Source: Myxococcota bacterium (lineage in GTDB: Bacteria > Myxococcota > UBA4151). From it: a stretch of 58,680 nucleotides of DNA. Location of the stretch: NCBI GenBank assembly GCA_040260805.1, contig JBDQPD010000007.1, forward strand, positions 1-58,680, written 5' to 3'. The notes under the pieces were generated by a model. That model was not told the DNA's origin. It did no database searches and saw only the letters and a list, made by a program, of their open reading frames with translations. Below, in pieces: positions 18,455-28,240 of this stretch; the first letter of the stretch is position 1, and the number at the start of each line of letters is the position of its first letter. The translations under genes were made by a program, and so were the position numbers.

Positions 18455-19800
18455 GTGCAGCCCTCGCCCGGGCTCTTTGTCAGCAACTACGGCAAGCCGG
18501 ACATTCTGCATTCGTTGCCGGTGGCTGGGTTCGAGACCAGCTGCTCGAGCGACCGTCGGGCGATTTAGACCTCGCCACTTCAGCACACCCTGAACACGTC
18601 ATGGCGCTCTTTGATCGAGTGCACCCGACGGGTTTGAAGCACGGGACGGTGACCGTCGTCGTCGCCGATCAGCCCGTTGAGATCACTACCTACAGGACTG
18701 AAGGGGACTATTCGGATGCACGAAGGCCCGATCAAATCACCTTTCTTGATCGTATCGAAGAGGATCTTAAGCGACGAGATTTCACCGTTAATGCCATCGC
18801 TTGGGACCCAATTGAGGATCGCTATATAGACCCCTTTGATGGGATGATCGATCTGCAGACCTTGACGCTGCGCTGCGTCGGTCGCGCCGAAGATCGGTTC
18901 GGTGAGGACGCCTTGAGGTTGCTTCGCGCCATGCGCTTTGCTGCGACCCATTATCTGATGCCCGTTGCCGGTTTAGAAGAGGCGATGCGTTCCCAGGCTC
19001 ATCGCTTGGCTTTGATTGCTCCTGAACGAGTTGAACGTGAGCTCTCCTTGTTGCTCGAGCGCGCCGAGCGACCCAGTGTGGGCTTGAACTTCGGGTTGCG
19101 AGCCGGACTGATTGAGCAGGTTCTACCCGAGCTGATGCCCTTAGTGGGTCAAGCCCAAAACCGGTTTCATGCTTACGACTGTTGGGATCATACGCTCGCT
19201 GCGGTGGATGCGGTTCCTGCTGGTCAAACCAACGTCCGCTGGGCTGCCTTGTTGCACGACCTGGGTAAGCCGCCATCTGCTGAACAGCACCCAGACCGTC
19301 CCGATGAATATCGGTTCTTTGGTCATGAGCAGTTGAGCGTTGAGCTGACCCAGGTCATCGCTGAGCGCTTAAGGTTTTCAGGCGCACGACGAGCCTTGAT
19401 CAGCGCTTTGGTGGCGACGCATATGCTGCATCCTAATGACGAGTGGGGCGACGCGGCGATACGGCGGTTGCTGCGGAAAATAGGACCTGAACGTCTGGAT
19501 GATTTTTTGAGCCTCAAGCGCGCGGATATTCGAGCCAAAGGGACTGAAGATGTTGATGACCTGCTGGTTGGGGTCGAGGCGATCGAGTCGCGTTTGCGAT
19601 CGGAGCTGGCGCGAGGTGCTGCCTTATCCCGTCATGATTTAGCGATTGATGGCACGCACCTGTGCCAAGCGCTCGACCGCGCACCGGGACCATGGCTTGG
19701 TCCGTTGCTGGCGATCTTATTGGACTGGGTAACCGAAGACCCCACTCGAAACCAACAGGGCGCGCTGCTTGCCCGAGCCAAACAAGAGCTGGCGAATTAA
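18451..19800 (+). CDS. cca: Class II tRNA nucleotidyltransferase (CCA-adding type) with HD domain
   Basis: GGWVRD..DLDLAT, RRDFTVNA, EDALRLLRAMRF, ERV..E, HDLGK. Confidence 0.88.
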   Translation: MSAALARALCQQLRQAGHSAFVAGGWVRDQLLERPSGDLDLATSAHPEHVMALFDRVHPTGLKHGTVTVVVADQPVEITTYRTEGDYSDARRPDQITFLDRIEEDLKRRDFTVNAIAWDPIEDRYIDPFDGMIDLQTLTLRCVGRAEDRFGEDALRLLRAMRFAATHYLMPVAGLEEAMRSQAHRLALIAPERVERELSLLLERAERPSVGLNFGLRAGLIEQVLPELMPLVGQAQNRFHAYDCWDHTLAAVDAVPAGQTNVRWAALLHDLGKPPSAEQHPDRPDEYRFFGHEQLSVELTQVIAERLRFSGARRALISALVATHMLHPNDEWGDAAIRRLLRKIGPERLDDFLSLKRADIRAKGTEDVDDLLVGVEAIESRLRSELARGAALSRHDLAIDGTHLCQALDRAPGPWLGPLLAILLDWVTEDPTRNQQGALLARAKQELAN

Positions 19801-20180
19801 GCGCCTGAGTCCGAGGTCGGTTGATCCAGCTGATAAGGTCGGATTTGCTCTGCGAAATGAGACTCAGGTAGACTGCCTAAGAGCGGCACTCGGCCCAATA
19901 AAATGTCGGCGAACATCACAAAGTCGCCGCGCAAGCTCCATGACGGATACGTAAAGGTCGCAGGTCGGTTGTGCTCGAAGAAGAAGTGACCCACCCACGC
20001 GAAGCCGTAACCGATCACCGGGGTGAGCAAGAGGTAGCGCCAGTCGCCTTTGAGCGCTGCCATGATCGCCACAGCGATGACCCCCGTCGTGCCGATAAAA
20101 TGCAGCAGTCGACAGGTCCCGTCGCGATGCTCGCTGAGGTAATAAGGATAGAATGTCTCGAACGATTCAAAGGGCTTCAC
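19797..20180 (-). CDS. DUF962 / Mpo1-like membrane protein
   Basis: FYPYYLSEH...CRLLHFIGT, AWVGHFFFEHNRPATF.YP.WSLRGDF. Confidence 0.85.
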   Translation of the reverse strand: MKPFESFETFYPYYLSEHRDGTCRLLHFIGTTGVIAVAIMAALKGDWRYLLLTPVIGYGFAWVGHFFFEHNRPATFTYPSWSLRGDFVMFADILLGRVPLLGSLPESHFAEQIRPYQLDQPTSDSGA

Positions 20181-20854
20181 GGGGTCTCCTTTGTAGGACC
20201 TAACAAAGGCAAGGCGGGATGTTCAATCACGACCTGTCCGCTGCCTTGACGGTCAGGGAGCATGACCGGCTCTCCAAAGCGCGCAAAGCCCAAGCCGGTT
20301 GCGCTCACCCAGATCCGTTGCTTCGGACCTTCAATCGCAACGTGAATGATTCCGGGTTGCGGTCCTGGGTCGGTGAACGGCCCCGTGGCGCCCGGGTGGA
20401 GGCGGACTTGGATCGGAACATTAAGGACGTCGCCGCGCCGATAATGGAGCGTCCCTTCGATCTGAAGTGCCTTGCGTAGATCGACCGGGTGGCTCGGCAG
20501 CTTGCCTTGTTTGCGGGCGGTACGAATCGTGTCGTTGACTCGGTCGATGGCTTCTTCGAGGAAATAGTCAGGATGCGCCGCCATCGAGCCGGCTTGTGTC
20601 GGCAAAAGACCGTAGCAGACGACCAAGAAGATGAAGAGGGCGGCGCGCAGCCACCCATGGCGTACGGGCCGCATGAGAACAGCGCCGCAAAGCGCTGCGA
20701 TAACCGACCAGAAAATGGGGGCGGGCTCGCCGAGGTAGTAAGCCCATTCGCTGGCGTGACTCAGGCGCCACCACTCCACCAGTCGCCAGATGGCAGCAGC
20801 CAGCGGGATGCTGACCCATAAGAGGGTGTACGGTCTGCTGGCTTGCTGATCCAT
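20177..20854 (-). CDS. Hypothetical membrane protein
   Basis: Three hydrophobic N-terminal segments plus a soluble domain; coupled to the DUF962 gene. Confidence 0.55.
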   Translation of the reverse strand: MDQQASRPYTLLWVSIPLAAAIWRLVEWWRLSHASEWAYYLGEPAPIFWSVIAALCGAVLMRPVRHGWLRAALFIFLVVCYGLLPTQAGSMAAHPDYFLEEAIDRVNDTIRTARKQGKLPSHPVDLRKALQIEGTLHYRRGDVLNVPIQVRLHPGATGPFTDPGPQPGIIHVAIEGPKQRIWVSATGLGFARFGEPVMLPDRQGSGQVVIEHPALPLLGPTKETP

Positions 20855-20946
20855 AGGACGTGATTAGGCGCCCATCGACTGCGCCGTCCAGACTGGATTG
20901 CGAAACCGGTTTGACCCTATGGTGCGATCGGGGCTTTGGAGACAAC

Positions 20947-22107
20947 ATGCGCAGGGTATCGTTGCTGCTCATTATGATCTCCTGCGCCTTGGGTGAGGGA
21001 CGAGCTCCTCCGCCCCCTCCAAAGGCTGCCTGTGCCCAGATTGATGAGACCTTAGTCGCCACTCAAGAGGCCTTAGCCGAAGGGGAGTTCGAGCCCATCC
21101 GCTGGATGCTTGATCCCATGCTGTTCAAGGGGGAACTAGCGCCTGGCCTGCGGCAGCTTTTAGAGGACCCTGAGTCGGTACAAGAGCATCTAGGGGGCAA
21201 TCGACTGCGACCGGCTCTGGGCGCTTTACTCACCTTGGTCCGCTCAACGCAGCCGGAACCTCTGTTGCGCGTGTTGGCTCGCTTGGTGGGTGATGCGTCA
21301 TCGAGTGATCAAACCACGGCTTCGATCATTGAGTTCATGTTGGCAGACGCTGGTCGCTTAGCTGTGGTGGATCCCTTGCGAAAGATGCTGACCGATTGCG
21401 GTGAAGGGCGCCCTCTGGCGCAGACGCTTGCGGACATGAGCGGGACCGAGCTGGCTTGTGGAGAGGCTTTATCGTGTTTGCTCGATGAGCTGTCGGGTTT
21501 GGCGAGGGACCCTGCGCTTAATCAGGCTCTGAGTGAACTTACGCTTGAAGGCGAAGAAGGGCGTAAAGCGTTTAGCTTGCTCGTCGCTCGTTTGATGAGC
21601 TCAAGCGCTCAAGCCGGTTTTGACGTGGCTCAAGCCCAAGACCTTTTACGGACCGCTTTTGGGCAGCGCTTGCCCGAGGACTCCTTGCTGCGCCTGGATC
21701 GCCTCATTCAGATTATGGGTGATGTCTTCGCCGATGACAGGAGACGCGCCAACTGGTTGGCTGTCGTCACCTGCACCGAGCGGCATGACACGCAACGGGC
21801 AGTCGCCGGGACGGCTTATGATCTTTTGATTGGAAATGAACTCGACGTGCCGGAGCTGGTGGACTCGTTGCAGGGTCTGCTGACCAATCAGGAACGCAGC
21901 GATGTGATGCGGGTGGTTCATGACCTGACGCTGACCTTGGCGCAGCGAGATGATTTGCGCTTACCGCTCAACGCAGCGATCGAGCCCTTCTTGACGGTCT
22001 CGGTTCTGCGCGTGCTGCTGAACACCTTGCGATCGAGCGCAGTCCAGAGCGTCTTTGAGCAATGGCTCGGCCTGCTCGATGAGGAGATGCAATGCGAACC
22101 ATCCTGA
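20947..22107 (+). CDS. Hypothetical helical lipoprotein
   Basis: ATG 20947 after GGAG; MRRVSLLLIMISC lipoprotein-like signal; Leu-rich helical body; overlaps the fadL-like gene. Confidence 0.6.
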   Translation: MRRVSLLLIMISCALGEGRAPPPPPKAACAQIDETLVATQEALAEGEFEPIRWMLDPMLFKGELAPGLRQLLEDPESVQEHLGGNRLRPALGALLTLVRSTQPEPLLRVLARLVGDASSSDQTTASIIEFMLADAGRLAVVDPLRKMLTDCGEGRPLAQTLADMSGTELACGEALSCLLDELSGLARDPALNQALSELTLEGEEGRKAFSLLVARLMSSSAQAGFDVAQAQDLLRTAFGQRLPEDSLLRLDRLIQIMGDVFADDRRRANWLAVVTCTERHDTQRAVAGTAYDLLIGNELDVPELVDSLQGLLTNQERSDVMRVVHDLTLTLAQRDDLRLPLNAAIEPFLTVSVLRVLLNTLRSSAVQSVFEQWLGLLDEEMQCEPS

Positions 22108-23402
22108 TGGTCCTGAGTTTGTTCATGAGCGCAGCAGCCTTGGCGAGTCCTCTAGAGCTTTATGGCATCGGCTTATCGGGTGCGGGTCGAGGCTTGGCGA
22201 ATGTTGCGGGTGCGCGCGATCTCTTTGCGACTTTTTATAACCCGGCGGGTTTGATGGATATTAAATCCATCGAGTTTGGCTTGGCGCACCAGATCAACGC
22301 GCCCTTCGTGGCGCTCGAGATGAGCCGAGAGGACCCGTCATTTGAGCCCGCAGAGCCCAGTGTTTATCAAAACACAAGCCTGGGGTTCGCGGTGCCCTTC
22401 ACGGGGCGCTTGGCCGGTCGGGCGAGCTTGGGTGCTGTGCTTGAGGTTCCCAATGGAATTCTGGTGCGTGCACGGGCTCTGGATACCCGCCGACCCCATT
22501 GGTTCATGTACGATTCTTATCCTGACGTCTTCGTCTCGCAGGTCGCGTTGGCGATCCGGTTTTTTGAGGGGCTCGATCTCGCCGTAGGTGTCCACAACAA
22601 TACGGGCTTACAGGGCCGGGTAACCCTTGAACTCGATGCTGCGACCAACACCTGGACTCAGCGCGAGCTGGACTTCGAATTCACCGGACAACTCGGGCCC
22701 ACCGTGGGCCTTAAAGCCTACCACAAGAATTGGCATTTTGGGTTGGTCTATCGCTCGCCGCTCGCCATGGATTTCGCCACCCCGGCCGATCTGGCGTTCA
22801 ACAACCTCGACGCCGGACTTCGGCTTGAGCTCGCTGGGGTCGTCCACATGCTACCCACCGTGTTGGCCTCAGGTCTTGAATGGCGGACCACGCGCTGGAG
22901 CCTTGAGCTCGCGGCGCAATGGAAACAGTGGTCAAGCGCTCGCGACCCATCCATCGACGCAGGCTTAGACATCAGCGGGAGCGATGCAGAGGCTTTGGGT
23001 CTTGGGCAAGCTTTGGATGCACCCGACCCTGAGGGGCAGCCGCGCCAAAGCCCGGGGTTTAGAGATACGTTGAGCGTGGGTTTGGGGGGTAGTTTCTCGT
23101 TCCGTAACGGGCTTCAAACTCAGGCTGGTTACAGCTTTATACCCAGCCCGATACCGGATCAGATCCACCACACGAATTTGGTGGATCCGGATCGTCATGT
23201 GCTGAGCATGAGTCTGATCTGGAAGGTGATCGATCCTCTTGGCGTGTTCACCAAACCGCTAGGGTTAGGCTTCTCATGTCAGTGGAATCACTTGGCGAAG
23301 CGCAGGGCAGAGAAGACGCTTGGTCCGGTGGATCCGGTAGGCGACTGGACCGCAACGGGTGGTATTTTGAGTCTCAATTTTGGCTTCGAGGGGCGGCTCT
23401 AA
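22092..23402 (+). CDS. OmpP1/FadL family outer-membrane transporter
   Basis: Signal peptide; G...AGRG..A; ATFYNPAGL plug motif; amphipathic beta strands; SPIPDQ, DPDRH. Confidence 0.85.
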   Translation: MRTILMVLSLFMSAAALASPLELYGIGLSGAGRGLANVAGARDLFATFYNPAGLMDIKSIEFGLAHQINAPFVALEMSREDPSFEPAEPSVYQNTSLGFAVPFTGRLAGRASLGAVLEVPNGILVRARALDTRRPHWFMYDSYPDVFVSQVALAIRFFEGLDLAVGVHNNTGLQGRVTLELDAATNTWTQRELDFEFTGQLGPTVGLKAYHKNWHFGLVYRSPLAMDFATPADLAFNNLDAGLRLELAGVVHMLPTVLASGLEWRTTRWSLELAAQWKQWSSARDPSIDAGLDISGSDAEALGLGQALDAPDPEGQPRQSPGFRDTLSVGLGGSFSFRNGLQTQAGYSFIPSPIPDQIHHTNLVDPDRHVLSMSLIWKVIDPLGVFTKPLGLGFSCQWNHLAKRRAEKTLGPVDPVGDWTATGGILSLNFGFEGRL

Positions 23403-23453
23403 AAAACAAGCCTCGGTCAATCGCCCGAGCGCTTGGCCTTGCCTGAGCGGTAA

Positions 23454-23483
23454 AATTGGTCCAACCATTTGGTCCAACCAATT
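23454..23483. promoter_or_regulatory. Tandem FadR-subfamily operator sites
   Basis: AATTGGTCCAACCATTTGGTCCAACCAATT = two TGGTCCAACCA boxes (23457-23467, 23470-23480) just upstream of a GntR/FadR gene. Confidence 0.8.
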
Positions 23484-23497
23484 AAAAGCAGCCGTTC

Positions 23498-24232
23498 ATG
23501 GATCAAACCGTCACCCTCAGCGATCAAGTTGCTCAGCAGTTGCGAGCGCGTATTGCCGAAGGCGCTTGGCAGCCGGGTATGACCCTGCCGCCGGAGCGTC
23601 GTCTCGCCGAGGAGCTTGGGGTATCACGCGGCTCCTTGCGCGGTGGAATAGCTCAGCTTCAAGCTGAGGGTTTAGTGGAAGCGCGCCAGGGCTCTGGGAC
23701 GCGTGTTCGTGACGACCTGAGCAGCGCGCCGGTCGACTGGATCTCATGGGTGCTCGCCAACGATAAGCTGGACGCTCAAGAGGCGCTGCTCGTGATCGAG
23801 CAGCTGGTTGGCTTGCGCCGGACGGTGGCTCTGCACGTTCTTGAACAAGCGCTTGATGGTCTCAATGCGGTCGAGCTCGAGCGCTTTGAGATTTTGGTCG
23901 ACGCCCAAGGCGATGCGCTTGAAGACCCACTCCGCTACCAAGCTCTAGAGCATGATATTGAGCGGTTCTTCATCCGTTTAGCTGGTAATCGAGTCGTTCC
24001 TTTACTCAACGAGAGCCTGAGGCGATGTTTTCGAGCGCGCCCGGAGATCGTCGATGCCTTCATGGGGCCACTCCACGAGCATCACATCGGAAACCAGGCG
24101 CTGCTTGGCGCCTTGCGGATGGTGTTGGGCTCTCCTGGCCAGCGCTCAGAGGTGATGAGCGCCATGACCTCGGCGGTTAAGGTATTTGAAGCGCAGGGTC
24201 TGGCGCGGGTTCGAAAGGAGCTTGAGGTATGA
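23498..24232 (+). CDS. GntR/FadR family transcriptional regulator
   Basis: LPPERRLAEELGVSRGSLRGGIAQL..EGLVEARQGSGT wHTH; FCD-like C-terminus. Confidence 0.92.
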   Translation: MDQTVTLSDQVAQQLRARIAEGAWQPGMTLPPERRLAEELGVSRGSLRGGIAQLQAEGLVEARQGSGTRVRDDLSSAPVDWISWVLANDKLDAQEALLVIEQLVGLRRTVALHVLEQALDGLNAVELERFEILVDAQGDALEDPLRYQALEHDIERFFIRLAGNRVVPLLNESLRRCFRARPEIVDAFMGPLHEHHIGNQALLGALRMVLGSPGQRSEVMSAMTSAVKVFEAQGLARVRKELEV

Positions 24233-24630
24233 TGGGTTGGTTAACGCTTAGAGCGCTCGATGCGGTGATTCCTGGCAGCGACCGAGCGCCAGGCTTGGCG
24301 GCCTCCGGTCGTGGACCGATCGTGGTCGCTGAGCTTCGGCGTGAGGCACCTTTTGAGATGGTCTTGGTGCTCAACCTTGCGGTGTGGCTCTGGTTGCTTA
24401 CGCCGATCTTTACCGTCTTCATCCCGCTGCCTGCGATCATGCTGCCCAAGCGGCTCAAATACCTCCACACGGATCGGCTGACGAGCACGTCGTTTTACTT
24501 GGTCCGGCAGGTTTCTTTGGTGCTCAAGCAGGTGGCTGGAATTGCCTGGGGTCAAGACCCGGAAGTGCGCGCTGCTTATCAGATGGCGCCTTATCCAGAG
24601 GACCCCGGAAGCTGGAAGGGCATGTCATGA
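24229..24630 (+). CDS. Small hypothetical protein, possible accessory subunit of the GMC oxidoreductase
   Basis: ATGA-coupled on both sides; ALDAVIPG and LKQVA..DPEVR motifs. Confidence 0.6.
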   Translation: MMGWLTLRALDAVIPGSDRAPGLAASGRGPIVVAELRREAPFEMVLVLNLAVWLWLLTPIFTVFIPLPAIMLPKRLKYLHTDRLTSTSFYLVRQVSLVLKQVAGIAWGQDPEVRAAYQMAPYPEDPGSWKGMS

Positions 24631-26138
24631 AGCATCAAGCTTTTGAGCCCAAGCAGCACATCCAATGGGACGCTGACTATGTGGTGATTGGAACCGGCGC
24701 CGGTGGCGCAGCGGCAGCATCTGAGTTGGCTCGCGGTGGCGCTGAAGTGGTGATGGTTGAGGCGGGGCCTTGGCGTGACCCGAGCGATTATCCTGCGAGC
24801 GTGTACGGCAGCTTTCGCGATCTGTTTGATCGGTGGGGAACGACCGTGACTCGGGGCAAGGCGATCTGGCCGATCATCCAAGGCTCATGTGTGGGGGGCT
24901 CAACGGTCATCAATTCGGCGATCGTGGTCCGAACACCAGGTGATATATTTGATCAGTGGCAGCGTGAGCACGGCGTCGGCGGCGACGCGCTGGCGCAGCG
25001 GGTTTGGGCGCATCAAGATCGCATCGAAGAAGAACTTTTTGTCGAAACGACTCGCCCTGATCGACTGGGTCGTAGCTCAGAGCTTGCGTCTGCAGCCGCT
25101 CAGAAGATGGGCATTGAAGGTCACTTGATGCGTCGCTCGGTCAAGGATTGTCTGGGCAGCGCAGGGTGTTTGCAGGGCTGCCGGCACGGCAAAAAGCAAA
25201 GCACCAATTTGCAATGGGTCCCTGAGGTGCTCGAGCGCGGTGGGGGCATTCTAAGTTGCGCCCCGGTTCAGCGTATCGTCATGGAGGGTCACCGCGCCGT
25301 CGGGGTGGAGGGGCGGTTTCGACACCCACGCTCGCGCCGCAAGGGCGGTCGCTTTACCGTCAGGGCGCGCAAAGGGGTGCTCGTCGCGGCATCGAGCACC
25401 CATACGCCCTGTATTTTGCAGCGCAGCGGGGTCAAGTCACCGGCTTTAGGTTACGGTTTTAGGGCGCATCCAGGCTGCGCTATTCCTGGCGTTTATCCCG
25501 ACCCTGTGGGGATGGACTTTGGAGCGACCCAAGGGTGGGCGAGCGTTGAGTTTCGCAACACGCCTGGTTACAAACTAGAGACCTTAAACCTGCCGCTCGA
25601 GCTCGCAGCCGTGCGACTCAAGGGCGGCGGGTCCGCGTTGATGGAGCGAATCGAGGAGCTGCCGCGCATGGGGGTCTGGGTAGCAGCCTGTCGTGCCAAC
25701 TCTTCAGGGCGCGTGAAGAACAGTTTTGGTGGCAGACCGGCGGTAGACTACATCATGGATCAACCCGATATGCATCGCCTGCGCAGCGGACTCAAGAAGA
25801 CGGCTGAACTCCATTTTGAGATGGGCGCGACGCATGTGCTGCCGGGTATCCAAGGCCTGCCTTACAAACTCACAGCCGATGAGCTCCATCGATTCGATAC
25901 CGTCTCGACCAGTCCCAAAGCGTACACCGTGATTATCTCGCATCTCTTTGGTGGCGCGGTGATGGGCGCTGACCCCAAGACCTCATTTTGTGATGGCAGC
26001 GGTAAGGCGCATGGTTATGACGGCTTGTACATCGCTGATGCAGCGCTTCTGCCGACCAACTTAGGGGTCAACCCACAACACACAATTATGGCGATGGCTC
26101 GCGTCGTCGCCGAGGATATTTTGGAGCACAACTCATGA
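24627..26138 (+). CDS. GMC family oxidoreductase
   Basis: VVIGTGAGG, VEAG, CVGGSTVINS, C..GC cluster, SHLFGGAVMG, DAALLPTNLGVNPQHTIMAMA; ATG 24627. Confidence 0.93.
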   Translation: MKHQAFEPKQHIQWDADYVVIGTGAGGAAAASELARGGAEVVMVEAGPWRDPSDYPASVYGSFRDLFDRWGTTVTRGKAIWPIIQGSCVGGSTVINSAIVVRTPGDIFDQWQREHGVGGDALAQRVWAHQDRIEEELFVETTRPDRLGRSSELASAAAQKMGIEGHLMRRSVKDCLGSAGCLQGCRHGKKQSTNLQWVPEVLERGGGILSCAPVQRIVMEGHRAVGVEGRFRHPRSRRKGGRFTVRARKGVLVAASSTHTPCILQRSGVKSPALGYGFRAHPGCAIPGVYPDPVGMDFGATQGWASVEFRNTPGYKLETLNLPLELAAVRLKGGGSALMERIEELPRMGVWVAACRANSSGRVKNSFGGRPAVDYIMDQPDMHRLRSGLKKTAELHFEMGATHVLPGIQGLPYKLTADELHRFDTVSTSPKAYTVIISHLFGGAVMGADPKTSFCDGSGKAHGYDGLYIADAALLPTNLGVNPQHTIMAMARVVAEDILEHNS

Positions 26139-26719
26139 CGCTTTCGGACCTTTTGAAGCATGACGCCCCTGACCGAGCGGCGATTAGTGAACACCTCAAC
26201 GGCTTGTCAGGCTCGGATCAAGTGCGGGAAGTGCGGGCCTTGTCCGTCAAGCTTGTGCACAGGTGCTGGACGGTTTTTGAACCCGGCGAAACCATCGACC
26301 TAAATCATCTGGTGCCGGCTGATTGCGATGAAGGCGTCGCCATTCACCATATGGGGGTCAACACGCTCCCTGCGTTTCGTCACTTCGAGAAACGCTTCGC
26401 TCGAGCCACGGGAAACCCCGCAGAGATCTGGGGTTATAATCACCAGACCTTTGCGTGGCTAACGGGACCTGGATCCTTCGTTGTTCATGAAAAGGGCTCT
26501 GATAACGAGCCTGCCCTGTTCATTGATTATCGCAGCATTCCAAAGGGCAGTATCGACGGCTGGCCTGCGCCTAAATCGAACGATAAAGGGATCGCCAAGC
26601 TCGTCTACGGCGGCATGCAAGACTATATGCGCAAGGTCTCGGACCGAGTCAGCGTCGGTCGAGCCTTCACCAACGGCAAAGATCGCGGCGAGTCGTTTAT
26701 GCTCGTACGCGCCGACTAA
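26135..26719 (+). CDS. Hypothetical protein
   Basis: ATGA-coupled last gene of the GMC operon. Confidence 0.65.
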   Translation: MTLSDLLKHDAPDRAAISEHLNGLSGSDQVREVRALSVKLVHRCWTVFEPGETIDLNHLVPADCDEGVAIHHMGVNTLPAFRHFEKRFARATGNPAEIWGYNHQTFAWLTGPGSFVVHEKGSDNEPALFIDYRSIPKGSIDGWPAPKSNDKGIAKLVYGGMQDYMRKVSDRVSVGRAFTNGKDRGESFMLVRAD

Positions 26720-28029
26720 AAGCCCAGACGGGCATCGAGCTGACTCAGGGCGTGGTCAAAACCTTTGAGCCCAAACGCGAGCTCTTTTTGGGTGATGTTG
26801 AGCGGTGGAAACGCCGACAGATGAGACCAGCGCATGAACGCATAGATGCCGGCATCGAGGAGATCCGCTTTGAGGTATTTCATCGACGCTGGGTTGCCGG
26901 ATAGATTGGCGAGTAATCGCCCCTGAGGATCTTGCAAGTCCAGCATCCCCATCAACCCGATCGAGCGCGCCTCGCTGACGCTCGGGTGATCCTGTTCAAG
27001 CGCAGCGAATCCCGCCGCGAGCTCCTCGCCGCGCACCCGGACGTTCTCCATGATGTCCTCTCGCTCGAAGATCTCGAGCACGCCAGCGACCGCCGCGAGC
27101 ACCATGGGATGACTGTTGCAGGTCAGGCCTCCTACGAAGCTGTGCTCCTCGAAGTGTGCGCTGATCCGTTCGTGAAAGGCGACCGCTCCACCTGGAGCGT
27201 AGCCACAGGTCATCCCTTTTGCCATCACCACTAAATCCGGCACAAAGCCGTCGCGTTCAAAGCCCCAAAAGGTGCCGCAGCGCCCAAAGCCACTCATCAC
27301 CTCGTCGCAGATCATCAAGATGCCGTAGCGACCGAGCAGGTCCTTGAGCCGAGCGAGATAACCTTTAGGCGGGATCAAAACCCCGTTCGCACCGACCACG
27401 GGTTCCACGACCATCGCAGCGATGGATTGGGCGCCTTCACCTCGGATCACCTCTTCAAGATAGGTCAGATGGGCGTCGCTACGGTCATCCATCTCACCAA
27501 AGGAGTAGGTGTAGGGCTGCAGTCCGAGCACATGGACAAACCCCGGAGGTCCCGGCTCATTCGCCCATCGTCTCGGGTCACCGGTTGCGGCAATCGCGCC
27601 GGCGCTTCCGCCGTGGTAGCTTCGATAACTGCTCAAGATCTTTTGCCGGCCGGTGTACAGGCGCGCGGCGCGAAAGGCGTTCTCGTTCGCCTCGGCGCCA
27701 CTCAAACAATACAGAATTTTGTCGATGGCTTCGGGGAAGGTCGCGCTCAGCGCTTGAGATACCGTGGCTCTGATGTCCGTCGCAAAGGCTGGCGCCGCAT
27801 GAGGCATCGCATCAAGTTGAGCTTTCAACTTAGCGATCATATGAGGGTGTTTATGGCCCAAGTTTGCGTTCATCGACTGGCTGTTGAAATCCAGAAGCCG
27901 CCGCCCGTCTGCAAGGGTCAACCAGCTTCCCTGCGCTGACGCTAAGGGCAAGGGGTGAACGTCGCGGCCAGCACTCCACGTGAAGACCGAGTGTTTTTTG
28001 CTGCCGTCGATCATGCTCTGGGCGTCCAT
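26716..28029 (-). CDS. Class III (omega-amino acid) PLP aminotransferase
   Basis: SGAEANENA, YRSYHG, EPVVG..G, DEVMSGFGR, MAKG; ATG 28029 after GGAGG. Confidence 0.92.
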   Translation of the reverse strand: MDAQSMIDGSKKHSVFTWSAGRDVHPLPLASAQGSWLTLADGRRLLDFNSQSMNANLGHKHPHMIAKLKAQLDAMPHAAPAFATDIRATVSQALSATFPEAIDKILYCLSGAEANENAFRAARLYTGRQKILSSYRSYHGGSAGAIAATGDPRRWANEPGPPGFVHVLGLQPYTYSFGEMDDRSDAHLTYLEEVIRGEGAQSIAAMVVEPVVGANGVLIPPKGYLARLKDLLGRYGILMICDEVMSGFGRCGTFWGFERDGFVPDLVVMAKGMTCGYAPGGAVAFHERISAHFEEHSFVGGLTCNSHPMVLAAVAGVLEIFEREDIMENVRVRGEELAAGFAALEQDHPSVSEARSIGLMGMLDLQDPQGRLLANLSGNPASMKYLKADLLDAGIYAFMRWSHLSAFPPLNITQKELAFGLKGFDHALSQLDARLGF

Positions 28030-28240
28030 GGGACCTCCGCTTGGGTTCGGCTCAAAGCACTCAAGCCCGGCCAGGTCAAACTGTCCAGTTGGTTGCGAGC
28101 ATCTGCCAAAGCGCTTGGGTGATTGATGGGATCTATTACCCGGCGATGGTGCCTTCTCGAGCCAGTTTTCAACCGATTGTTTGGCCTCCCTCGCCAAACC
28201 CGTGCTGACCCCTTATGCTCGCCGTTGAGGAGTCCGTTTT

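Noticed and set aside
24384..24626. N-terminal extension of the GMC ORF in the ORF track
   Set aside because: Overlaps the real small ORF; the ATGA-coupled start at 24627 lies just before the FAD-binding motif
28030..28197. N-terminal extension of the aminotransferase
   Set aside because: A strong GGAGG SD precedes ATG 28029; the extension has no family features
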